NCBI GenBank assembly: GCA_973895155.1 | Contig: OZ316896.1 | Span: 992,001-1,056,000 of the forward strand | From: Marsupella aquatica | Lineage: Eukaryota; Plantae; Marchantiophyta | Length of the DNA: 64,000 nt | Reading direction: 5' to 3' | In this document: positions 13,301 through 27,360 of the stretch, piece after piece | Numbering within the stretch: the first letter of the stretch is position 1 | Layout of the letters: each line of letters starts with the position of its first letter | Notes under the pieces: model-generated | What the model saw: the letters and a program-made list of their open reading frames with translations, nothing else | Database searches by the model: none | Told to the model about the DNA's origin: nothing | Translations under genes and position numbers: made by a program

Positions 13301-15892
13301 TTAGTGTCATGTGAAGAGAGCTGGGACATTCCGGGTGAATTCTGATGTCAGTAGCGGGAAACTAAAAATTGGTGTACCGTTGGTGGATCGACCTCACCTG
13401 CATGGTAATGTTTGTCCGTCATTGTCAACTGACTGTAATTTATGGATTGTTGATCGTTATTCAGATGATGCGTCGTCCAAGCTGGAGGTTACGAAAACCG
13501 ACCAAGCTGCCCTTCCCATCGATGCAGCACCGATAGTTTGCATGAGAGACATGGGAACGGCAATGACACCTATAGCGAGCGTGGAGCCCTCTAGGGCTCC
13601 GACTCCTGTGTGTGTGAGGACGCCAAGCATGCGAAGTCCGTCTTCCTCTCGTCCTGCGACACCTAGTAGGGTCGCACCCACATCTACACCAACCAGTGAA
13701 ACTGAGAAGAAAGTTCATTACACTGACAAAGAGCTTCAGTCGAAAACTCGACAAGAGATTTTGGCACTCGGGACTCAGCTCGGAAAGCATAATATCGCTG
13801 CGTGGGCAACCAAAGAAGAAGAGGAAGAGGATGCGTTCAAGAGTTTGAAGAACAACGTAGACTTAGAAGAAGTGAGGAAGAATGTGATTGCTACTCGCGC
13901 AGCGGCCTGGGAGGAAGCAGAACAGGCCAAATATTTGGCGAGGTGTGTCCTTCCCTTCCTGCGTGCTTCATGTGTGTCAAATGGGTCGACATTCGGCTTT
14001 CTCTCAAATTAAATAATCATGCTTTTGTCTTTGCTGAGATTCCCTATCTCCTCCTTAGTGCGATGATGGAAAGTGTTGTTAGGAAACCGTATTGGACGAA
14101 ATTGGAAAGGTTGTGAATGCAGCCCGATCTAGATTGTCACCTAGGGCAAGCTGGATTGATATCCGTCCAATCAAATACTCTCCCGTGGTGACGTCTTCCA
14201 GGTTCAAGAGGGAGGAGGCAAAAATTCTTGCATGGGAAAATCACGAGAAGGCGAAAGCAGAGGCTGAAATGAGGAGAATAGAGGTTAGTGGGCCCCAATC
14301 CATTTTTGCATGGTTATTGAGCAGATAGGTCGGCAAGAAGGATAGACGGACGTATGCTGTCTTTTGGATGGAATTCAGTAAGACCTTTCAAGGCAAAAAG
14401 AAGGATAGATGGAAAAGGCAACACCTGCTTTACTGTTCCCAACCAGCTCCAGACACGCCACGACGGAAAAGCAGCGTGAGTGAGCTTTCCCACGGCCGTT
14501 TACCCGTGGTAGGATGAAAAGCCAGCGACCGCATTCATCACGGTAAGTATATGAATATATGATGGACGACGAGGAGATAGTGTACCCATCACGATCTTAC
14601 TAATATTAGTCCCAAGAAATTTCTCCGACTGAGAAGGGCTTGCTTTCTTAACCCCTTCCGCTGTAGTTTTCATAAATCCAGCTAAGAGAGACTCATAACG
14701 CTTCGCTATTGTAGATTGATCAGATATGTACGTAACGTGCCTGCCCACAATGATTTCCTCTGCCTGACCAATCAATCCCCCTCCGTCCACATTTCGAAAG
14801 TAACGTCCGCCTTCCCATCATGGCTTCAACTTCATGCCCTCTGAATCGATACCCTCTGATTGAATCGATTTGATTTGTCCCCTCCTCAGCGTGGTAAAAA
14901 AGTAATTCACTGTCCTTCCGAGGATATGAGTGCAATGTCGGTGTTATCTCGATGTAGAAAACTTATACTTCTCTCGACCACATTTATTTTCTTTCGATCA
15001 ATCAATGCGTGTACTGATGTTTAGCGTGCCAAGTCTTCTATGTTTCCTTGCCGCTCTGGTTGTCGCCATCTCCACTTATTTAAAATGACTTTCTGGCCTG
15101 ATATTCACTCATGGATGGATGGATGCTGGAGGCCTTCTGCTTGGTTTATTCGTAAGCATTGAAGTGACATGAAGAGAATTATGTAGCTGATGCCTAAGGT
15201 AGGTCTTTTTTGTTAATCTGCCGGTCCTGTGTCAGGGCTGTGCCGTCGTCCCTTGAAGGAATAATGAAGCGAAAACCTCTTTTATTAGCAGGGAGTCGTA
15301 ATAGTAGAGTTGTAAACGCTTGCTGATCAGTGGATCTTAAATTAGTGGCGAACGAACGACATACGGTTTAGTTACCCACTGAACAATTTTTCTGCCGGCG
15401 AAATCGAGGTGTCCATCCTGACCGAAAGTAGCCCCTCGCTGTAATGCCACGAAGAGAATTAATTGGTGGCGCTCTCGATTTTGAAGTATTAGAGTCCTTG
15501 CTGAGTTCGTAATAAATTGAAGAAACTGAAGATGTTTCATATTGTCGAAGCAAGGGCTCAGTGAAAATCTTCATTTCTGATGACTATCCGATCTGCAGCT
15601 TTTTTTTGGAATTAACTATTGTAAATTACATCGGATGAGTTCTAAGTTTAGACGTATCTAACTCGATCTACTGTTTGATGACAAGCAGATGAGAATTGAA
15701 AGAATGAGGTCACATGCGAATGAGAAGCTAATGAACAAACTAGCTGCCACTAGACGTTCGGCCGAGGAGATGCGTGCCACTGCTGCAGCTCGGCGCGGAG
15801 AGCAGGCCTCAAAGACCTCACAACGTGCTGAGTACATCAGGCGGACAGGGAAAGTGCCCGGCTCCATGTTTGCCAGCTTCTGCTGCTCTTGA
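10302..15892 (+). CDS. Remorin, group 6-like (long disordered N-terminus, C-terminal coiled coil), 8 exons
   Basis: Phase-consistent GT-AG exons: 10302-10623, 10970-11160, 11356-11425, 11689-11958, 12078-13103, 13465-13942, 14202-14283, 15689-15892. Motifs are KPAPSKWDDAEKWL, MRDMGTAMTPIASVEPSR, KTRQEILALGTQLGKHNIAAWATKEEE, RAAAWEEAEQAKYLARFKREEAKILAWENHEKAKAEAEMRRIE, and C-terminal FCCS. The first four exons are less certain. Confidence 0.9.
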
Positions 15893-18568
15893 TTGATTAA
15901 ATTTATGCCAGATATGCGAAGCACTGTCCCACCACAACGTTGGGTGGATGCCCGTCCACTTGAATGGACGTTCCGAATGTTGATTTAGCATTTAGCTTCT
16001 GTGCAGGAAATCTTGCGAAAATGCTGTCGTACCAAAGTAGGGACAGTGGTTACTGGTTAGGTCGATCTTTCCAGGTATATTTCCGAAAATTAGTGTTGGA
16101 CGAAAGGACGTTGGCTATTCGCAATACCGTCGTTTTATGGCAGAGGTTATTTCAGCGTTTCATGGTCCCCGTCTGGTTTCACATTTCTACATAGATTGTT
16201 TTACCACTGCAGTTAATACCAGGCGATCGATACCCTGTGATAGGATTCAGTTTTTGTACCTAATGTTTAGGGTACCTAATGCGCAATCGAATTTCGTCAA
16301 CTTTTTGCAAGTTATTCCCCAGAGGCTCAACCCCTGTTGGAGAGCCTGTATCACTTAATTAAGTCAACAGACCGTCGGTCCCCTTTCTTTCGAACGCATA
16401 ATTATGGGCACACATCGCATCGCAATGATTCCCTCCGCTATAACTTCCTTCTACGAACTCTTTCCAACTACGAGTAGTGAGGTACCGGACGAGTACGGTA
16501 AATAAGTAATCCGAGAGCGTACAATAATACAGTGTGCGTAAGTGCAACATGCAAGCAAACCGGACAAATACTTCCGTTGTAGTAAAACGCCTCTTCGCTA
16601 GTACACTTAGTCCCTAGCTAACCAAAACCTGGTTAGTAGAACACAATTTGGGGACTCACATTTTGGTAATAAATTTGCAAGTAATATGAGAATCTTTAGA
16701 AATGCACTAGAAATAGTCAGCAGGAAACAACATAGGAATCTTGAAAATGCACTAATAATAATTTTTTAAAAAATGCATGTAATTTCAGAAATGCACTAAA
16801 AACACAAAATTAGTGCCCCCCCCCCCCCCCAAAAAAAACATGAAGAACCACTTGCTAGTTATGAGCATGCTTGACCAGAAGATTTAGTGATATAAATATT
16901 TATGGATCCCCATGAAAGTTCTTTCTAAAATTCCTGGATTCATATGCAGTCACATCAGCATGATTTCTCACAAGTCCTATCTCTAAAGGTAGTGATTGCC
17001 TTGGTGAAATTTTTGCAAAATGTATTGGAGAAAGAACCTATCTTTGAACTTGTTTGACCAGGCATGGCCTGTGGCTTTTCTTTAACAAAAATGGCACTAA
17101 AGTTTTTCAAACAAACACCAACACAACTAAAAGTCCATGAGGCATATACAGATCTTTTGGCCTAGATAAGCTTTTAGAAGACTCCCAATGAATTTTTGGT
17201 GATGTAGCTCTTTGTGTTTATATTAGCATGCACAAGACAGTTTGCGATTTCTCCTTAACTTGGGTTTTAGAAGATTCATGATAAAATTCCAGTGATGTAA
17301 AATCTTTGTGTTGTGACGGAGATCAAGTTGAGCTTCTTGAGGTGTATGCTTGATGGGACCCCTGCTAAAGCAACGTACATGATAGGCCCTTATGGAACTT
17401 TTGTTACAAACTAGGCCCCCTCTGACACTTTTGTGTCAGATGTTCTTGTAAAGTCCTTGTAAGGAGTTTTAGCTTGATATTATCACCAATAAAAGTTACT
17501 ATAAAATTTAGAGTCAAACTACGCTGAATGACAAACAACACCGTTGGGGGAACCACAAAATTTCTACCATACCGTCCGTCCTTAGGTTGCGTCACGCAGA
17601 TGATGCATAGGGTTTGCATGATGTTTTGATGTTTCTCTTTGGTCCTTTGTCTAAATATGGAAGAAATCCTCTCCTTTTAGCCATTGGCCCCTGTTACAAC
17701 AGTCAAAAATTGTCCAAAGTGTGGAACAAAGACAACATGGATGTTGTTGTTTCACATCTAGACCCCAAATTTGTCTTAGTATGGAAGTAACCAAGGATCT
17801 TTTACTTTTGGCTGTTTGCCCTTTTGTGACTTTCAAAAATTGTCTAAGTGTGAAACAAAGACAACATGGAGTCAATCCTAACAAGGAAATTTTGCTATCC
17901 TGCAAGAAATGGACTAAATGTTTAGACTAAATATTCTACAAACCTGCTATCATGTCGGAGGCGGATCCTCTAAAACTCTATAATTAGGTGAAGACATATT
18001 TCATTATGTCTTCAAGCATAGAGGTACATGCAGTGGCCTATGACGCGGGTCCGGTGGAAAATGTATGGTTGACCATGTAATTAGGCACCACATAAAAAAC
18101 ATTTGTACATGACCTATGTAGGGGGATCTAGTTTGTAACAACATTTGTGGAGGTATTTGCTTGATCAATCCCCAGAATGAAAGTTGTTATTTGATCGACC
18201 CCCTGAGGTTTATCAACGGTCCAGATCTGAGATCGAAAGGACCATCAATAGTCCAGATTGGAGAAAAATATTGAGGGGGCTGATTAAGCAAACTGTTTCC
18301 AGAAGGGGGTCTACTAAGCACATCTCTCAACATTTGTGTGGGGGACTTAATTTGTAATAAAAGTTGGACTATCACATAAATTTATTCTGGCAAAAGTACC
18401 ATCAAGCATATACCTCTAACATTACTCCATAGCGTAATTTTTAGAACTCTAGAATACTTACAAGGAAAGTTAACTTTCAAAGTAACCCATGGGAGTTCAA
18501 GGGTTATAGACTCGAACCCTTTGGGCTTACAGGTGAGAACCCTCCACCTATGGGTTACCCTGCACGAG

Positions 18569-18695
18569 GTAAGTCATTCGAATCAACTGAGGTCTGATCA
18601 CCAGTAAAAACCGTACCACCTATCCAAATTCCTACACGTAAGTCAATCGAATCAACTGAGGTCTAATCACCACTGAAAACCGTACCACCTATCCT
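18569..18695 (+). repeat. Direct tandem duplication (~57 bp x2)
   Basis: gtaagtca(t/a)tcgaatcaactgaggtct(g/a)atcacca...aaaaccgtaccacctatcc occurs at 18569 and 18638. Confidence 0.8.
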
Positions 18696-18878
18696 ACGAG
18701 TCTGCAACGAACAACTGGAACAATCAAAGTTATTGACGTCCTTGCTACTGTCACTCACTCACTCTGGTCGGTCTGGTCCCCTTTGTACCGTACGGTATTG
18801 TCGGATATGGATTACGGCACCTCTTACTTTCAAGAGCTCTCACACGAGCGCCCAATCGTCAAAGTGCCAGTGGGAGAA

Positions 18879-21800
18879 TGTGACGGGGTCCCGCCACGGT
18901 AAGTCACCATTAGTGTCACCAGCAAGACACCTGTAAATAAATAAGCCCATAGACGCGAGTTTTTTTTAATGTTCTTTAAGTTTGTAAAGTTTTTTAAAGC
19001 ATCTCGGGATAGTCGGAGACCCCAACAGTTTTGTCTAGACCCGGGTTAATTATGGGGCAAAACCTGGGGGGTTTAAAATCGTGACTTTCCGGGAAGGTAA
19101 GGAAGTCCGGGAAATAAGCATTTTTAATTTTTGGTAACACCCCTTCTAAGGCAACACTCAGGCAGGACTGGGGGAGTATGGGGGGTTTAATTAAACCCCC
19201 ATTAAATCCTTCCGCGAGCGAGCCGCGAGGGAGCCGGGCCTTAAAGAGTAGGAGGGGATCCATAAGGGGCAGCCCTGGAGCTGCCACGTGGAATCCCCAT
19301 AAGGGGCACGAAGCCGGCCAAGGCGAAGAAAAAAAAAGAACTCCGTGGGGGGAAGCTGCCGCGAGTTCGGGGGGTTTTTTTTTAAATCCCTCCCAAGGAG
19401 GGCAGCCGGGCCGTGGCAGAGCGAGCGAGTGACCGGGAAGGAGGGCTGCGAGCTCCGCGAGGGCGGGAGCTGCTGCGAGCTGCCGCGCGAGCGGGGCTGT
19501 CCGTGAGTGAAGGGGGGCTGCCGGGGGGGGGAATTAAATCCCCCAAAAAGGGGCGCAACATTCTGGAGCGGGGGAGGCACCTTGTACCCCCATGAGGGGG
19601 ACTAAATGGCAGCCGGTGCGAGCTGCCGCGAGCTCCGTGTGTGAGCCAGGGGGCAGGGAGCCGGCCGGCAGCAGGACTGGGGGATATTAGGGCAGCCGCG
19701 TGGCGAGGGGCGAGCGAGCCCTGCATAGGGCCGCGAGCCGCCAGGGAGCTGCTAGGTGCGAGGTGCGAGGACGCGAGCTGCGGGAGGAGGGGGAAATTAA
19801 AACCCCCTTAAGGGGCTCCGCGAGTGACCAGGCAGGGGGGCCGCGAGCCCGCACGGACGCGAGCTGCGAGGAAGGGGGACTCCCGCGAGTCGGGACAAAG
19901 GAGGGCTCCGGGATGCAAGGCGAAAAGCTGCTCCCGGGAAGGGTTTTGTTGTTTTTTTTCTCTCCCCTCTTTTCTCCTTTTCACACGACCCTTCTCTTGC
20001 CGAAAGCAAACTCGAGTTTCTCTCTCTTATTGCCGAAAGCTTTCTCCTTATGTTACAATTATTTGAGCTCTCTCTCCAATTCTTCTCAAGGCTCACTCAT
20101 GGGGGATTGCGGGGACTGTCCGGGCATTAACGACAGCAACATGTAGTGACGACGGAGGGGATTGAGAGAAATAAATTAATCGGGCTACGGGGGCTGTTTT
20201 GGGCCAGGGAATTGACATTGCTATGGGTGACGGGATTTGGTGATTGAGGATTTGATTTCGGGATGCATGAATGCTAGATCAACCGGAGTTTAGTGTGGCA
20301 CGCATTCGGAGATACAAGGCTGCTTACCGTGACTACGTGGAGACTTTGATTGCAAGGGAGAGAGAAGAGAGAGAAGCTACGATGAGCACGGGATTGGCAG
20401 CAGGTTCCACACCGGTGGGTAGGAGGATTTTTCGTCAAATTTATCCCAAGACCTCCGCCAAGGTGATGGAGGATTGTCGGAATATTTTCCAAGCCACCGG
20501 GGTTACAGAATTCATGAAGGTGGAGATTACCATCCCTCCGGGGAAGAGCTGGGACATTGAGGCCGGGATGGAGTTACGAACGGAGGGAATCTACTTTGAA
20601 TGTCTCAAACGTGTAGTGCCCCATGTGGAGTTGGCTAGGCTGCTGTTTCTGGAGAATCAGAAATTCTCATTCACACCTCGGAACTTTAGGGGAGAACTCA
20701 CGTTGAAGATGGTGGCCATTTGGGTGATTAATCCCACCTCCACCACTGCCATCCCTCTTTCCGCTGTCAAGGATGTTGAGTATAAGGGATTCCTGGCCAA
20801 GGTTCATCAACGGGTCCTTGGCAACGTGCAATCCGGGGTGGTAAATGAAGAGCATTTCGTGGTAGCTATGGACATCAAGAACCACCCAGCCCATGTGTAC
20901 GGATGGTGGTACTACGGGTTGAAGAAGCTGTTGGCCGCTAATCCCGGGAGTGTGAAACCAGGTGGGGCTGTACATTTGATGGGGTCATTTGTATTGGCCA
21001 GGGCAGAAGGGTTGATTGGTTCCCCGAGACAGGAAGACACGGGATCATCTCTCACCATGGAGATCCGGAGTATTGCCACTACCATTTTAGGGAAGCTCAC
21101 GGAGGAATCATCGTCGGCTGGTGGGGATGACGATAGAGGAGAAGAAAACCAGGATGAGGACTACACGTTGGAGTGGCTTGAATCACTCGTGGGAGATCCG
21201 AAAAAGCCCCTGGTCTACAACATTCCGGATGTTTACCTAGCAGAGCTACGGGATTTCAGAGAGGGAGTCCATGAGGGACTCAAGCTAGTCCACACATTGA
21301 GAGATTCTCTCAAGCACGCCACAACCAGAGTAGAGACGTTAGAGCAGAGTACCCTGTCTCTGAAGGAGGTGATCAAGGCCAAGGAGGGGACCATTCATGA
21401 GAAGGTTAAGCTTCTCCAAGCAGCTCACGTAGAGATCTCCAACTTGAAGGGAGCCTTGTCCACCAAGGCCAAGGAGGCAGAAGAGGTGGGAGCGTTGAGA
21501 CAAGCATTGGCCAAAGAGAAGCAAAATTCTGGAGAAGTGGTGGAATGGAGAAACCAGGTGGGAGCACTACGGAGTCAGGTGGCCGCCTTTGAGACACGAG
21601 CAAAGCGGAGTGAGGCCTTGAGTCTGGGGAAACGGAAGAGCCCCGGCACACCTAGCTCCACACTTTCCCCGGATTTGATCTCCCAGGCTATTGAGATGGG
21701 GTGAAGGAGGTTAGTGGGAAGTATGGGCCCTTGTTGGATGGAGCCAAGAAGAGTCAGGAGAAGAGCAAGGGCTTGGAGAAGAAGCTCCGGGAGGTACGGA

Positions 21801-23153
21801 AATCATTACGGGCTCAGGTCAGTACGGGGATGCCACCCAGGTCTGTCACCCCCGGGACTCGCATGGCCACAGGGCAAGTTCTACCGTTGGAGTTGCGGTC
21901 CGGAGAAGAGGCTACCCTATGGAAGGACACCATTGGTGAGGGGTACATCAAGGCGTGGCAGGCCTTAGCCACTTTGAGGAAGCAAGGGAGCAGCAGCACG
22001 AAGAGTACCCCGGTAAAGAAGAAGAAAAGTGAGGTGGCACTCACTCCCGTGAGTGATGAAGAGGAGGCCCACTCACGGGGCACAAGCCAGGGCACCGAGA
22101 GTGAAGAAGAGGAGGAGTAGATAGTCGTACGGATATGGTTGTACGGCCTCTGGATTTCCAAATTTTTTGTGAGGGGTCACTCACGGGCTTGTTGGAAAGA
22201 GCTCGCGGAGCTGATTCCAACAAGAGGCGGCGCTCCTCAAACGAAGCCAGGATGAGCAAGTTATGGCCCGGCGAAATTGTGTTTTTGCGACACGAAAACG
22301 ACCATAACTCAGGCGTCCGATGTCTGTTGCGAGTGCGGCTGAGTGATTCGGGATCAGGAGGAGAAGGGCTATCCAAGGGTGAGCTCAAAAGTACAGTTGA
22401 TAGGGCACCTAGTTTTGGCCATTGTGGGGTGCCTTGCAATTTTAGGGTTCACGGAGTACAGTTGGGGCGCCGTCAAAGGCACCGTCTGCCCCTTGTTTAG
22501 GGTTTAGGGTTTTAGCAGCATGTGTGTGCCGCATGCCTTTTTAGTTTAGGGATTTCTTAGTGCAGGGTTTTAGCGGCGCCGCTAGGGTAGCCGCCATCGT
22601 TGTGACCCCATGAGGGGTGCTTGGTGTGGTTTTTCGGTATTTAGGGGGAGAGCCCCAAAGTAGTTCGGGGGGGAACTCAGTCTAGTGTTTGTTTGAGGGA
22701 AGTTGTCTAGCAGCCCGAAGAGGGAATTCAGCCAGAGTAGTGAGGTGACAGCATAGTATTGTCCCAGGGAGGCAGGAGTTGGGCAGACGGCAGGAGACCG
22801 GGTTATCCTTGCAATGTATACGATTGTTCACCAAAAGATATGGATTTGGTTGGATTCCTGAATTTTGGGTGTGGTGTTCTCTCTCTTGTTGCACGGTTGT
22901 GTTCTTCCCCTAGCATGAATGTTTAGAGAAACTCGTATGGTTTGGTCGACCCTGTGAGTGGGAGAGTGGTGACAGCACTTTGCCAAAGACTAGGAGGAGT
23001 AGGAATAGGACAGTCCACGGGACTTGATCAAAAGCGAAGTGCACGTATAGTCGGTAGACTTGATCAAAAAATACATTTCTGGGAGCGAAAACGAATCTAC
23101 TCATCCTTAGTGAGAAGTTACTCTGTATAGCGTCCCTCCACGTCCCCGTCATA
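18879..23153 (+). mobile_element. Putative CpG-rich non-autonomous element carrying an accessory ORF
   Basis: Abrupt GC/CpG-rich block with CCGCGAGC repeats (19200-19900), an intronless ORF, and LTR-like inverted ends TGTGACGGGG (18879) / CCCCGTCATA (23144-23153). No TSD was found, so the boundaries are tentative. Confidence 0.4.
20271..22120 (+). CDS. Intronless TE-accessory-type protein (globular N-domain, acidic linker, coiled coil, basic/acidic tail) split by a 1-nt frameshift at ~21700
   Basis: A 477-aa ORF (20271-21704) overlaps a 139-aa ORF (21701-22120). The junction ATGGGGTGAAG would read ..EMG-VKEV.. with one extra G. Heptad-rich segment LKHATTRVETLEQSTLSLKEVIKAKE...LRSQVAAFE, and NLS-like KKKK. 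Confidence 0.6.
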
Positions 23154-25842
23154 CGATACAAACGATTATTAGTAGAAACTCAACGGTATTTGATGTGTTA
23201 ATCGTTTGATAAGCAGGTGACAGAGAAGTATTGTATAAGTTTGATGTTATCCTTTAATACCCCAACAAAACCACTATTCAATCTTTTCTTCTTGAAAGAT
23301 TCAGCTCCTCTTCAAGATCTCATTGAAACTCTAGTTCAAAATTTTCTTGAGAATTCATCTTCTTTGTATGATCCAGTTGAAGCTCCTATATGATGATGCG
23401 TTGAATGTTCAAATTGATTCAAAAATCATCCATAGCTTTGAACAAAATGCATTTATGTCAGAGCCTCCCAACCCCTCCTAGATATGGAATTAAAATACCC
23501 ACCTCTTTGGCCCCAAATGCTTTGGTTGATTAATTTCTAGAATTGCTTTGCATATTGAAAATGTGATCCTACTTATCTTCTAAGTCTCTTGTGCATTTGT
23601 TTGAATATAGAAAGGAACAGGAAGGGTTGTATCCCTAGAAAGCCCAACATCAATATTTGTATCAACAATCAACCCCTCCTCCCAGGTATGGAATGTGAAT
23701 GTCTTTCAATTTGGGCCTCAACTTTTTTGCTTTCTTTCCCTCTAGAAATTTGTTTGTCAAAAGATGTAAACCAGAACATCTTCAAAGTCTCTTCCAAGTC
23801 AAGTCTAAATTTTTGAAGTTGTAAGAAGGAAGAGGGACGATTGTATCCTTGAAGAATCCAACACCATCAACACCACCAACCCCTGCACAACCAACCCCTC
23901 CAAGGTTTGTAAAGGAAAATGCCTCCGTGCTTGCCTCCCTGCTTGAAGACTTATCTGTTCTATTGTGAGTAATGGTTGTGCATGTGCATTTGGTCTTTGT
24001 TTAGCACCCTTAGTTTTAGATTTCTATCAAACATTTGTCAAGGAGCTTAAGTGGCTTTTCTCCCAAAAAAACTACCTAATACCTGTTCCATATCCTACCA
24101 AGGTCATAAAGGATTGACAAAATTTCTGAAATGTGCTTGCAATGTTTAATCACACCATACATAAGTAGTTTAAGCTCTCCACTTCTAGAGAGGTAATCCC
24201 CTTGACTACTTTGCACTCACACCCTTCCCCTCTCCTCTACTCCAAGGATTAGCACGAAGGATCTTCACTCCAAGCTGTCACTTTAGAGTATATTCTCACA
24301 CAAACATCCAAGAACCCAAAGTACTTTCCTCTTCAAGCTTAAGTCTCCTCAAGACCCTCAAAGTAGTGTTACCCCTCAACCTTGCCCACTGGCCTTGGTT
24401 TGGGTCCACATATCCTCTTTGAGCTCTTAGAGACTCTTCCCTCTTGTTCTCACTCAAGGCAAGGTATTTTCCATCCTCAAGATACAATCCTCTCTAAGTA
24501 GTGTTCCATCTTAACCTTGCTTCCCTGGCCTTGGTTGTGTACCAGCACATCCCCTTCAAGCTTAGATCAAGATTGCACCCAAACATGGACTCTTCTCTTG
24601 TCCTCATACATTTCAAATTCTCTCACACTTAATGGTCACAATGGAGATTGGGAAGGCTCATTTCATTGCATACTCAATCCTTACAACAAAATTTCACTAC
24701 ACATTCTCCACACTAATCATGGATCACCTCTCCCTTCTCAAGCTTAACCCTACCTTGGCAAGGTAGAGATTCCACTTAAGAGATGAGACTCCCGGTCCCT
24801 AACAAATGAAAACTTCCTCCTTATATACTATTCTCTTTCCACACCACACCAAGCTTGACATGGGGTCGAACTACTCATCCCCAAGTCCTCCTAACACACA
24901 AAGTCCAACTCTATAGTTCGTAGCCCACCCTACAACCTATTGTTTGGACTCCTTCCAAGCCCTTGAATATGCCACACATGAGTTGCATGCTTTGACCTCC
25001 AAACCTGCTCCTGGTTATGGTTTTCCTCACAAGCTTCCCAACCCACTTGAAAGCTTGCAAAAAGAATGAGTGAGTCTCAAGTTGTGCCTAGTCAAAGTTG
25101 ATCTTATTTTACTTGTAACCCCTTTATTACCCTAAGTAAACTACCCTCTATATTTACTTTTCTTAACTTGATGGCCTGACACCTTTGACCAAAGGTAAGT
25201 ACCCTTCCCTAGAGCCTAAATAAAGTGGTATGGGTGCAAGAAAGGTCAGCCCCTAAATCTGGTATTCATTCCCCTATGCTGATTTTGGTTTGCAAGCTAT
25301 CGGGACCCCCTCATGGCCTCGGCTAAAAATATATTTGAATGATTCTTTTTCTGGATTTCCACCTTCACCAAGGGGTGTCTTACCTTCCCCTAACTCAACA
25401 GAATAAAATTTGGGCCCCAATGGATACCCCTAACCAAAGTTATGCCCATTCGTCTAAGGCCTATTTTTGGTGTAAAGTGGGTATAAGCGACGACCCTTAT
25501 CGGAGATTCCAGGTGTCACCCAGAGAGACTCTTGTACTTATGAAGGGAATTATGTTTACTAAGGGAGAGAGAGAGAGAGTGGCTCGGTTCACAAGAACAT
25601 TGTCCAACAACATTCAATCCTCCATAGCTCTAATTCTCCAACATCCAGAATAGCTACTTCTCAAGCAGCCATAACTCGCATCTCTTCAATTCATCAGCAA
25701 CGACAGCCCACATCCAGCCATAGCTCACAACCAACCTAGTCAATTTCACAGCTAGCCCATCTCTTCAATTTTGCAGCTAGCAGCACAACAGCACAACAAC
25801 ACATTCGAAGCACAGCAGCAACACCCATTTCAATTCAAGCAT

Positions 25843-25907
25843 CCCTTCCTTCAATTTAGCCGCCCTTCCTTCAATTCAGCCGCCCTTCCTTCAATTCAGC
25901 CGCCCTT
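25843..25907 (+). repeat. 20-bp tandem repeat (~3 copies)
   Basis: Unit cccttccttcaattcagccg. Confidence 0.85.
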
Positions 25908-27360
25908 GTGCTGAATTGGCACCTCAAGCATCATGTAGCACCTTTGGACAGCCTCCTCGTGCTTGACTTCCTCACCGGCCTCGTGCTTGAGTCGTGGCTT
26001 GTGCGTCGTCGCAGTTGACACTTAGAAAAAAATTCAAATTTTTGTTGGAAAAAACAGTATATCCAGGCTGGGTTTGGACCGCCCCCAAAACTCACCCATG
26101 AGTCCAAAATTGAATCTGAATAGATCCATAGATTCTTTGGACATAGGCCTATGTACTTGTTTTATCAATATCTAAACAAAACCTTATAAAAGATTTTCTA
26201 AAATTAGGTGAAGAGGGTCAATTATTATGTTTCCAAAATTCTTCTCAACTTTGAGATGCTCACAAAAAGTAACCAAAGATAACCAAGTTCAACCACAAGT
26301 TTTTGAGGATAGAGTGGACCATATTTAACCCACTTCCAAACTTGGAACCCCTACATTTACCCATCAGCTATTTTTCCCGAGACCCGCTATTTTGTTAATT
26401 TAAGTCGCACCAAAACACAAGGAAACCCTAGGTTGAGACCCCACTTGACATCTAACTTTTTAGGGGTGCTCTAGGGACCTCCTAGCATCTATGGGAAAAA
26501 TTTAAACCAAAACTAAGACTTCAAGTATCAGGTTGTTTCTCCGGCTCGGAATAGTCGCCTATTCTAAATAAGGACAAAATGTTGTATGCCCCGTCATAAA
26601 GACCTTTCTTATCCCTTGTCACTTGCTTACAACTCAGTAACCTTCCATTTCACTATCTTTCTTATTCTACCTACTTAAGTTCCTAAAACCTAGTCACTCC
26701 AATAGCTCTTAAAACATCTTTCTTACTATTCCTTGTTCAAAAAGCAAAAAAATGACAAGTTTCTTACATAAACGTATATCGAGCCATTCCACAATTTCCC
26801 AGAACCTTTGTCACGGAAGCCAATGCATTTCTTGTATCAATTGTCATAATGCCAGAAGAGTTCATCTTCATCTTCAACTTCCTCTTCCACTTTGTCTTCG
26901 TCTTCGTTTTCAAGATTATCTTCACCTTCATCATCATCATCATCATCAACTTTAGGTTTCAAACCATTATTACATTCTCTTAGAACCATCTTAGGTGGAA
27001 TCCTATCCAATTTTCTTATAGGTTACTAGATCAACACACTCTAGTTTGAAAGTTTCTTTTACTTTTATATCCAGAAATCACACAACCATTCATGACAGCC
27101 CATGAATCTAAACAACGGTGAAACTGTTTAAAATTATTAAATTGTTTGTCCATACAAGCAAACTTTGGTCGCCTTTACTTCTATTGCAAGCGTTGTTATA
27201 CATACAATGTGAAGACAAATTATTAATGTTTACACATGCTTCTACAATTCCAATAGACTACACCTTATGATTTATTTGGGTGTCTATCTATGGATATTAT
27301 ATAGGGACAGAAGTTCAAATAAAATCAAGTAAAATTCTTCCAAAGTTCACAAACAATAGA

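Noticed and set aside
18482-18558. tRNA or SINE (B-box-like GGGTTCGAGTC on the minus strand within a short hairpin)
   Set aside because: No cloverleaf or convincing A box could be built.
22440-22515. Telomere-like TTTAGGG repeats
   Set aside because: Only 2-3 scattered units; telobox-like motifs are common in plant TEs, and this is not an interstitial telomere array.
23230-26600. Probable decayed LTR-element fragments
   Set aside because: LTR-like composition, but no paired LTR, PBS, TSD or readable domain could be fixed.
26850-26950. Acidic D/E-coding tract / (CAT)n microsatellite
   Set aside because: Short and flanked by stops; no gene model could be supported.
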